Below, piece by piece: positions 10,397 to 18,997 of a DNA stretch of 37,032 nt (the first letter of the stretch is position 1; every line of letters starts with the position of its first letter). Made by a program: the position numbers and the translations under genes. Location of the stretch: the NCBI GenBank assembly GCA_008369845.1, contig MRSU01002519.1, positions 1 to 37,032 on the forward strand. Direction: 5' to 3'. Below the pieces are notes generated by a model that saw only the letters and a program-made list of their open reading frames with translations, did not search any database and had not been told where the DNA came from. Source of the stretch: Trichomonas gallinae. Its lineage: Eukaryota.

Positions 10397-12490
10397 TTAT
10401 TGATTTGGATCAATGATATATGTCATCATCTTTCCATTCTTAATGTCTATTTCTCCTCTCTCACTAATGTTGAACTGTTGTCCATAGATAAGTTCATATA
10501 CTGGCCTAGAAATATGGACATTCATTGAAACACCGTGTGACTCCATCTCGTGTGCAATGTTAATCGCCGGACCGCGAATCTCGAATGTTGGCTTCTCTGT
10601 TCCTATGATACCGGCGACAATTGGACCTCCCGTGTTTATACCTACTCTTATATACGAAGCGATTCGTTCTATCTTTCATCAATTTCGTACAATTTCTTGA
10701 TCGCGAGGCATCCGAAGTCAACTACCTCTTTCGCGTGAACTGCCAGCTGATTGACATCATCGAATATGCCACCTGCTGCCATATAGCAGTCGCCAATGCA
10801 TATGGTCTTTGTCATAGCTTTATGAGCATTCGTCGAATTCTTTGTACATAATACTGAGCATTCTCATAACATATTGTTGTGTGAGCCACACCAAGGAGTG
10901 AAAGACACATTATCCATGAACAGAACTGTTGCACTTTAAACCGAGAACGAAATGTTCTTCTCACCAGCTTGAACACATGGTACAAGCAATGGTGGTAAAA
11001 TTGATGCAAGCATTGAATCTGATCTTTTCTTTTCGTCTTGAATGAGCTTTTCGTGATTGACAATTTGTGTTTCATTTAGACCAGAGAAAATCTTCTACCC
11101 AGCGAAGCTGTTTGATGAGAACTCAAAGAAAACTTTCTCTGTTTCACTCTGCTTGTAGATCATCATCAAGTTTTGAGTGAATATTATGTCTATGTTCTTG
11201 CTGCATATGAATTTTTCATTCGAGAAAAATTCTTGTTTTCAATTTCTTCCTTCTCGATTCCAAACATTTCTTCGAACGAAGCGTTATCAGTTATAACTTT
11301 ATTTGTCACTTCCTGGCAAACGATAATTCCGATTTATTGATGACATCATTGCTGAATTTTGCGAATTTATCTGAGTTTTTATCATTTCTTTTGTAATAGT
11401 AATTTCCTGAAAACAAATCAATAACCCTCTGGTTGTTCAAAAGTTGAGATGGTGGACATTTCAAGAATAATTTCAAAATAAATTTAAGATCAATGTCTTC
11501 ATTTTAAGTGTTAATTGTAACAATCAAAGTCAACAGAGCTGAAAGGACAATGACAATAACTGTCAACGATTTCTGCTTTGCATCTTCTGATGATATATTC
11601 TCATATATGATTGGCACAATCCTGTTTCCTGCCTGATTAAAATATGTAACAAGCAGCTCTGTTTGTCTAACTTCTCACAATGCATTGAGAGTATCATCAT
11701 TCGGATCTGGATGGATTTTTTGTGTTATCGAGCAATAATATTTCTTCATTGTTGATTTAACTGCATATAACTATTGGGCCGCATTGAAGCAGTGCAAGTT
11801 TTCAACTAAATTAGGTGGATGTGCATACTCACTTGGGCATGGAAATTCTTCTGTAGCTTCATCAATATAAGTTTGCATTTCTGGGAAAGGAACTGTTAAT
11901 GTAATAAATATAAGGAGTGAATCTCTTGAAGATCAAATCTCTTACATGTTCAATATAACTATAGTCTGTCTTATATGATCTGATTGATGTCATTTCTGCA
12001 TTTGCTGCTCCACTCTTCTGACCCCAATTTGAAGATCCTGAAAGATTTGAGGATGACAGTGGATGAAGCCAACTTGGAGTAATTCATTGCAATTTTGGAT
12101 GAAAACGATTATTCGAGCGACATTTCTATCTTCAAGAATTCCAACAGATTCAAAGAAGTCCTCCTATATAGTAATAAGGTCCCCAATCTGTTTTTGTGTA
12201 AATACCATGGATGTTTGAAGCCAAAATAATGATTCCAATCAAACCGCCAGAAAATATCATTTTTTGATCCCGTTTTCTGATGAATGTTGCGCAGAGGAAC
12301 CAAGACATGCAATAGCAATATAAGAGCATAGCGAGAATAATCATGGCAATATCTGGATAAACACTTAAGAATGTTGTTAATCCGGTCACGAAAGCGATCA
12401 AAGTCGTCGTCAATAAAAGTTTACTTTGCGGTGGACCTTCTATTGCTTGGAATGAGCATTGACGCATAACTAATATTTGAGGGTGAACAT
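10397..12490 (-). pseudogene. Transmembrane adenylyl/guanylyl cyclase (Trichomonas TMAC family) pseudogene
   Basis: Manual translation across stops and frameshifts: EKKRSDSMLASILPPLLVPCVQAGEKNISFSV*SATVLFMDNVSFTPWCGSH...KAMTKTICIGDCYMAAGGIFDDVNQ...RVGINTGGPIVAGIIGTEKPTFEIRGPAINIAHEMESHGVSMNVHISRPVYELIYGQQFNISERGEIDIKNGKMMTYIIDPNQ* (stop 10399-10397). This is a class III cyclase domain. Upstream fragments (ORF 12150-12467 and ~11500-11570) encode TM helices. The 5' boundary is approximate. Confidence 0.92.
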
Positions 12491-12723
12491 TTTGTATTGA
12501 ATGTAAGGGATATTTTATTAACTTTTAACAATATATTTCGAAATTAAAATTATAATTATAATGAAATCATCTTTACATGTTTACAAATTAATATGCTGTT
12601 GTTTTGCTATATTTATGCATGGTTTCTGTAGAACAAATTCAAAATTTAAATTAGTGAAACTTTATTAATCTAACTATTGTTGTCTTAAAACAAATAAAAA
12701 ACATATACATTAAAATATAATTA

Positions 12724-13689
12724 TTAATTGCGATAGCAATAAGATGCATCTTGCATTTTTGATTTTCCAATTTCGACGCATTGAGCATAGCGATGAACGT
12801 TGCAGAATTCCGCTTTAATTCCAAGAGGAAGAGACGTGAAGTTGGTGTAAGTTAAAACGCGGCAAACGCTCGCAGATTCGGATTTCGGAAGTTTGTTTTC
12901 GGCAATCATTTTAGTGTAAAATTGGATTGCATCAATAATGTAGCCGAAATTTGATCCAGAATTAAGGTATTTAGCAAGATCTTTATAAATTCCATCATAA
13001 AATTTTCCATTTCTGGAATTAGCTTGTGTCAATAGAAGCCTGAATACTTGCCTAATGATATTCTCATTATCTTCACACTCAGAGATGAGTTTCACGAATG
13101 TTTTCTTCTCGATCGTGTAATCATGGTTTAAAACAGCATAATCATTGAGAACTCCAACTAATCTCTCCAGCAAAAACGAGTTCGTGGTTCTATCACAGTA
13201 GTTCGCAATGCTTTGGATTGTGCTTTGAACTTTTGGTAACAATTTTCCATCTTCTGTATATTGTTTGGCTATAGTAGACATAGTTGGATGGACAAGTAGA
13301 ATCCGAAGCTCACAAATTGCTTCATCGATTTCGGTGTAATAGTTATAAGGAGACTTAAGATAATAAGTGATGTCATGCATGAACTTTTGCATAGTATTGT
13401 CTGGATTTTCAACCAATGTTTCTGTCTTGGTCTTTTCTGGAACAAATATTATTAAGATGTTAATAGCAATGAAGAAGATGAACATATAATGCACTATATT
13501 ATTGCATTTGACTGAGTTCTTTTTGTAATTTTTGATATATTCTGCATCATCCGAAGAATCTTCATCTTTAGATTTGGGTTCAACATGTTGGATAGGCTTT
13601 TCTTCTTCTTCAGTCTTTTCATCTTCGCTTATGGCCTCTATAGCCGCCATGTCATACTCTATAAGCTCAAGCTTTCCCTGGTTTCCCAT
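12724..13689 (-). CDS. Hypothetical single-pass membrane protein
   Basis: 321-aa ORF with an acidic N-terminal region, one strong TM segment (IVHYMFIFFIAINILIIFV) and a helical, Cys-containing C-terminal region. No family recognised. Confidence 0.75.
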   Translation of the reverse strand: MGNQGKLELIEYDMAAIEAISEDEKTEEEEKPIQHVEPKSKDEDSSDDAEYIKNYKKNSVKCNNIVHYMFIFFIAINILIIFVPEKTKTETLVENPDNTMQKFMHDITYYLKSPYNYYTEIDEAICELRILLVHPTMSTIAKQYTEDGKLLPKVQSTIQSIANYCDRTTNSFLLERLVGVLNDYAVLNHDYTIEKKTFVKLISECEDNENIIRQVFRLLLTQANSRNGKFYDGIYKDLAKYLNSGSNFGYIIDAIQFYTKMIAENKLPKSESASVCRVLTYTNFTSLPLGIKAEFCNVHRYAQCVEIGKSKMQDASYCYRN

Positions 13690-13921
13690 CTTTGATTTCG
13701 GAGCTCAGAAATTTTAAGGGTATGTCGATTAATTATGATAAATTAATTTTATTGGATTGTTCAATTTACTGCATCTTTGAGATTATTTTTCTCATAATAA
13801 TTTTCAAAATTCCTAAATTTTTGTCATTTTGGTCATAAATTTATGCGAAATAAGTGACTGATGATATGATTAATAATAGTTTGATAATAATAATTGAAGG
13901 GGATATAGAATGTACCGTCTT

Positions 13922-14035
13922 TTTGTCACGTAAAGATATGACTTTTCAAATAAAGTTATTGATTTGTCGTGTAAAATAATATATTTGTTATGTAAAGCTA
14001 TTGATTTGTCACATAAAGTTATTGATTGATTATCA
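13922..14035. repeat. Degenerate ~21-bp tandem repeat (TAAAGTTATTGATTTGTCRYR)
   Basis: Units start at 13931, 13951, 13972, 13993 and 14014, in the divergent intergenic region between the membrane protein and thioredoxin. Confidence 0.8.
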
Positions 14036-14262
14036 ATAGTTGTGAAACTTTTCACGGTTTCATTCAAAATTAAATTTATTTAAATTGAAAAACAATTAAT
14101 ATATTTGCAAACTTTATGTGATTTTGGGTTTATCATAAATTGTAAATATGTCAATAATATTAATCTTATTATTAAAATTAAAAAATCAATAGTTTACATA
14201 ATGTCGGTTTTTATATAAATTCTTCTCCCTTAATTTATTTGTGAGACCCTAAAATTTTATTC

Positions 14263-14607
14263 ATGAGTGAATCTAAACCAGAAAACATTCTTGAGTTCGT
14301 TGGAACATATGAGCAGCTGATTAATTTAGTTAAAACGAAGACAGGACTCGTAGTTTTGGATATTCACTGGGTTTGGTGCGGTCCTTGCAGAAAATTGATT
14401 GAAAACTTGCCGCAAATTGCCACAGAGAATCCAGATGTTACTTTTATCAAGATAGATCATGAGAAAAGTCCTGAAGTCACAGAAAAATATGAGGTTCAAA
14501 TGTTCCCAACAATTGTTTTCATGAAGAACGCAGAAGTTAAAGAAATCCACATTGGTGCAAACATCAGGGACTTCAAAGAAAAGATTGAGAAGTATAAGAA
14601 AGAGTAA
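14263..14607 (+). CDS. trx: Thioredoxin
   Basis: 114 aa with WCGPC active site, the VTFIKID strand and cis-Pro motif MFPTIVF. The TAA stop is part of a TAAA signal. Confidence 0.93.
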   Translation: MSESKPENILEFVGTYEQLINLVKTKTGLVVLDIHWVWCGPCRKLIENLPQIATENPDVTFIKIDHEKSPEVTEKYEVQMFPTIVFMKNAEVKEIHIGANIRDFKEKIEKYKKE

Positions 14608-14898
14608 ATGTTTATATTCCAGCGTTTTATAATTTTCATAAGATAAGCTATTAATTATATAACTAAATCCAGGTAATGCAAAATTTAATACATAAAATCA
14701 TTCCAAAAATTAGCAATATCCATTAATTATTAATAGGAAAATCAAATACCTTTCTGAAACGTAATCCGGCTTTAGATGGTAATAGTGGAGTGATCTTTAA
14801 TATGACTGTAACTAAGTTAAGAGCGCAATCATATGGATGCTTACTTTTTTTTTGACAAAATGTCAAAAATGTAAGGTCCTGCAAAAAATGACAAATGT

Positions 14899-15321
14899 GA
14901 TGCCTTTTGCTAAATTATCGATCTTCAAAATAGAAAATGTAACCATCGTATTTTAGATCCCGAATCATATAATATAAAATCATGTTTATTCTATAATTTG
15001 GGTCAACCGTCTGACAATGGCGGTGGATCTATTAAAATCGAGAAATCAGATTCGGATTTATATGTTAAATATAGCTCATTTGGCCTTTGTAAGTCCTTAT
15101 ATGGAGGTTCCATTGCTACAAATGTTCGAAATGTTGACATTCGCCATACATGTGGATATGAAAATCTAGTTCCGCATGGTGGGATGAGCAATAATGGCTT
15201 TTTTGCTTATATAACGACATCTACTTCTGGATCCTTTAATATGTCTGCTCTATTTAAAAATGATGGATATGCTTCGACGTATCGAAATTATTTGCCTCGA
15301 AATTTGATTTTTAAAGTATAA
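14899..15321 (+). pseudogene. Fragment of a right-handed beta-helix (Pmp-like GG[A/S]I) surface protein
   Basis: IKSCLFYNLGQPSDNGGGSIKI...YSSFGLCKSLYGGSIATNVRNVDIRHTCGYEN shows the FxN...GGSI repeat pattern. There is no in-frame ATG near the 5' end (the ORF track uses TTG) and it terminates early. Confidence 0.5.
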
Positions 15322-15521
15322 TTCTTGTAGAAAATGAAATATTTTGTTTAAAACAATGCATATACGCATAATATAATCTAATATATGCAGAATAGTGGTA
15401 GTATCTATATAAAATATGCCATAGATATACTTTTGAAATCCAAGACTAGCAAATTTTACAATGTCAGATTGACGGATTATTTTTGACATTTATTTGACAA
15501 AAATTTGGCATATGTCAAAAT

Positions 15522-16838
15522 ATGCGTGAAATTCGAAGTAATTCTTTAGTTTTTGAGGAACGTATATTAAAAAAGTTACGGCAGCGACAATCATCGGTTG
15601 GAACGCTTTCTGTGATCTCTCCTTTAACGAAACTCGCAAATCAAAATAAACCGGAACCGGAAACTTTTATTAGTTCGATTCCTGTCATAAACCTGCCTAC
15701 AGCGGAATATTTAGAGGCGCATAAGAAATACTGCAGATTACAAATATCAAAAGTATTAGGCAGATTAGAAAATTTAATAAAAGAACCAACGCAAAAAATA
15801 CTTGAATTATCTATGAAATCTTCATCTTTGATTCAAGACTACAATTCGCTAATAGCACAGAGACAATCTTATGAAGGAAGAGGACTTTCCGAAAATCGAA
15901 AAATGTTATATTTAATCGATCAGCTTATGCACCTCAAAATTAAGGAATCTACCCTGCGCACAAGAGATTATGAGCAAACACTTGAATATTTAATCAAAAT
16001 GCAACAATTATTGATTGAAAATCCACCAGAAATTACAGAATTTTTCATTGTCATAAATTTAATCGGTTATTTACACTCAATACCTCAACATAAACAGAAA
16101 TTAGCGCGTTTATCCACAAAAATAGAATTTCTAGAAAAATATGTAAAACAACCACAGTATACACAGACACCTACTTCATTTGAAGAGCAGCTCATCTATC
16201 CAACTTCATCAACATACACGATTTTTAAACAATTAGAAAAATCAGCCAAAAAGAAAACGCTAGATGAAGTGATTTCAGAATTCAAAGACCTCACAACAGA
16301 TCCAGATGAGATGACAATTTTGCTAAATCATGCATTTACTTTCGGTTGGCGGAAAACTGAATTTCCATTATTCCAGCCAACAAAGACTCCGCCGAATTTC
16401 CTTCATGTTAAGGCAGCTGTATTTGATCCTCCATATTTGGACCAAAAATATAGAGAATTGACAATAAATGAGTTAAGATTCAGTGATTGGCCATATGCAT
16501 CTATTGTAGACGTCCTTGATACGCTTTTCTTCATGGTGAATCCAATAGAGGGTGCTAAAGTGTTTTATACAGCTATGGATAAAACAGCACAAGCTGTTGC
16601 AAAAGTAACTGGCGAAGTTGAGCTTCTAGACTTCGATACTCTTTTCCCACTCATTATGCTGTCAGTTCTTGCTTCTGGGTTGATGTGTGAGCCAAAGATC
16701 CTTCAGTATATTGCTTTGATTTCGACTGTCGAACAATCTGACTCGAAAGTTAATTTTGCTGCATCATACGTGGAAGCTATCCTCACACATCTCGATAGCT
16801 TAGACGAAAATGGCTATCCAAAGCAAGAACGACAATAA
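15522..16838 (+). CDS. Coiled-coil protein with C-terminal VPS9-like (Rab5 GEF-like) domain
   Basis: 438-aa ORF. The C-terminal NPIEGAKVFY...LLDFDTLFPLIMLSVL...FAASYVEAILTHL parallels the VPS9 core (xxADDLLPxLIYVL; YxLTxxxAAxxFI). Confidence 0.65.
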   Translation: MREIRSNSLVFEERILKKLRQRQSSVGTLSVISPLTKLANQNKPEPETFISSIPVINLPTAEYLEAHKKYCRLQISKVLGRLENLIKEPTQKILELSMKSSSLIQDYNSLIAQRQSYEGRGLSENRKMLYLIDQLMHLKIKESTLRTRDYEQTLEYLIKMQQLLIENPPEITEFFIVINLIGYLHSIPQHKQKLARLSTKIEFLEKYVKQPQYTQTPTSFEEQLIYPTSSTYTIFKQLEKSAKKKTLDEVISEFKDLTTDPDEMTILLNHAFTFGWRKTEFPLFQPTKTPPNFLHVKAAVFDPPYLDQKYRELTINELRFSDWPYASIVDVLDTLFFMVNPIEGAKVFYTAMDKTAQAVAKVTGEVELLDFDTLFPLIMLSVLASGLMCEPKILQYIALISTVEQSDSKVNFAASYVEAILTHLDSLDENGYPKQERQ

Positions 16839-17324
16839 TTTTTTTTAATTATCTAAGAATTGTTTATTTTTATTAATAAACTAATCCTTAGATCATTCAT
16901 CTATGTATTAAATAGTATTCTTTTTTTCTAAATGAATTTTTTTCACAATTTATGTTATTCACACTAAAGTACTACATGGATTATCAATAAACAAGTACTG
17001 TACATACAACTAGTCCATATACTAACGCAGATTTGATGCATCATGACTATTCTAAATTGATAACATTTTAGAAGCATGATAACTGCAGAAACAAAATTCT
17101 AAGTAGTATAATCAAATACTTACTTGTTTACAATATATTATATATAATATTACAATCAATTTCAAAATTTTCTGTGAAAACATCGTTGATATTATAAAGT
17201 TAAAAACCTATTTTAATGAGTATGTATCATGAGCAGAATACTTCCCTGATTTCTACTCAAGAATTATTGCATTACATATCATTCGATGAAGATATTCTGG
17301 ACCCTTTCAAAATCATTTTGACAT

Positions 17325-17445
17325 TTGACACTTTACAAAGCATTTCGTCATTTGACACTTTACGAAACTTTGATTTTTTGACACTTTACAAAGAATTGAT
17401 TTTATTGACGCTTTACAATATTTTATGATATTTTGACACTTTACA
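17325..17445. repeat. Five phased copies of TTGAC(A/G)CTTTAC upstream of the lipase gene
   Basis: Copies at 17325, 17352, 17378, 17405 and 17433 (period 26-28 bp) with AT-rich variable linkers. Confidence 0.9.
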
Positions 17446-17469
17446 TTGGAATATGTCATTATTGATCAA

Positions 17470-18615
17470 ATGACGAAATTTTTGTCAACCATAGCAGATG
17501 GGGCGACTGATTTATTTCATTTTACTTTAGGTTCGAGGAAGGCTGTGGAATATGCTGAGGTAGCTGCATATTTGCTTGCCAATCCAACAAAACTTACTTT
17601 CAAGATATTTTTTCATATGATTCTCGATTCTCTTCATGCAAGACCAGAAATGCCAAGTAAAATATTCACAGAAGAAGAATTAAAAGAGTTTCTTGACTAT
17701 GCAATTCTTTCAAAAGAAGTCTACATAGAAAGTCCAAATCGAAAAATTCCAAAAGAGCTTTCAAACATCGTTTACGAAGATGCTAACTCACGTATAGATA
17801 AAACACCTTATTTCATCGTGAACAGTGAAGAAAGAAATAAAATTATTCTTGCAATTCGAGGAACTTATACATTCGCTGATTTCTTTACAGATTGCAAGGC
17901 AAATTCAGCAAATATTGATGGAATATTGATGCATTATGGTGTCTATAAAGCTGCAAATTCGGTTTTTGTTCGAAGTTCAGAATATCTTGAATCTCTTTCT
18001 CGTGAGAACAACAGAGAAATAGTTATTACTGGCCACTCACTTGGTGCGTCAGTTGCAGCTGTAGTTGCAATACTCATGAAAAAACAATATCCAAATTTGA
18101 AAGTTCGAGCTGTTTGTTTTGCTCCTGTTGCATGTGTCAGCAGTGAGATTATTAATGAATCTTACGACTATATTACTTCGTTTGTTGTTGGAAATGATCC
18201 TGTTCCTTTCTTATCACTTCATAACACAGCACAAGTCCCTGAAACAGAGCTTCCCGAGTTTCTCAGGAAGTTTGTAGAGGAATGCATCACACGTGATATT
18301 TCAGATCCGCTTCCTCTTCCAGAAGATTTAGATCTGTTCGCGAATCCATTTGAAGAAAGTCCTCCACCGATCGAGAAGATCAAGGAAGATCTTAAGATCA
18401 ATTCTAGAAGAACGACAGCGCTTTATCCTCCAGGAAAGATGTACAGATTTATTCTTTCTGGATCAACTTTCAAAAAAGTCAGTGTTGAATATATTACTGA
18501 TAACATCGAATATTTTGGAGTCTATCGCAAAGAAATCAACGAAGAGGATCATGCAATTCTAATTTATCATGACAGCATCTGTGAATTATTAGAAAAACTC
18601 GGTGAAAACAAATAA
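17470..18615 (+). CDS. Class 3 lipase (DAG-lipase-like alpha/beta hydrolase)
   Basis: ILAIRGT oxyanion motif, MHYGV, GHSLG nucleophile elbow, CFAP, NDPVP catalytic Asp and C-terminal DH. The first ATG is at 17470, with an Inr-like TCATT at 17456. Confidence 0.92.
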   Translation: MTKFLSTIADGATDLFHFTLGSRKAVEYAEVAAYLLANPTKLTFKIFFHMILDSLHARPEMPSKIFTEEELKEFLDYAILSKEVYIESPNRKIPKELSNIVYEDANSRIDKTPYFIVNSEERNKIILAIRGTYTFADFFTDCKANSANIDGILMHYGVYKAANSVFVRSSEYLESLSRENNREIVITGHSLGASVAAVVAILMKKQYPNLKVRAVCFAPVACVSSEIINESYDYITSFVVGNDPVPFLSLHNTAQVPETELPEFLRKFVEECITRDISDPLPLPEDLDLFANPFEESPPPIEKIKEDLKINSRRTTALYPPGKMYRFILSGSTFKKVSVEYITDNIEYFGVYRKEINEEDHAILIYHDSICELLEKLGENK

Positions 18616-18691
18616 AACTGTTATTCTTTTGTCTACTTCCTATAATCAATTTGTTTGTTTTTTAATCATGCTTTACATGGCAAATATGAAT

Positions 18692-18751
18692 AATTTACAA
18701 TGTCAGATTGTCAAATATTTAAAAGTCAAAATAAAAATGACATTGTAAATT
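18692..18751. repeat. 14-bp perfect inverted repeat AATTTACAATGTCA / TGACATTGTAAATT
   Basis: Arms at 18692-18705 and 18738-18751 with a 32-bp spacer. Confidence 0.85.
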
Positions 18752-18958
18752 GATAAATGTCAAATTTTATAAAAAAGTTTATCGACTAGTAATAATGAAT
18801 AATATTTTAGCCAGTTCTATGTATCATTGCCTCACTAATGCAACAAGATGTTGCAGAGAACAATATGTATCTACTATTGATGTGTGTGACATTGAATTCG
18901 CAAATTGAGTCTGATTATGAGAAAAATTCATTGATGTGTATTGGAAAGTATAATAGTA

Positions 18959-18997
18959 AAAGTGACAATATTAAGGTTCCGATAAAAGTGACAGCAG
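18959..18997 (+). promoter_or_regulatory. Two AAAGTGAC motifs (T. vaginalis core-promoter motif M2-like) upstream of the XPD-like gene
   Basis: AAAGTGAC at ~18959 and ~18985, immediately before the ATG at 18998. The same motif occurs at ~36474 (before the SHIPPO gene) and inverted at ~21744 (before the kinase). Confidence 0.55.

Noticed and set aside
13870..14067. Short ORFs 13870-14067 and 17216-17428 with repeated peptides
   Set aside because: These are translations of the 21-bp and 27-bp DNA repeats, with no evidence of coding function.
17325..17445. CRISPR-like repeat/spacer appearance
   Set aside because: Repeats (12 bp) and spacers (~15 bp, mutually similar and AT-rich) are far too short, there are no cas genes, and the context is eukaryotic.
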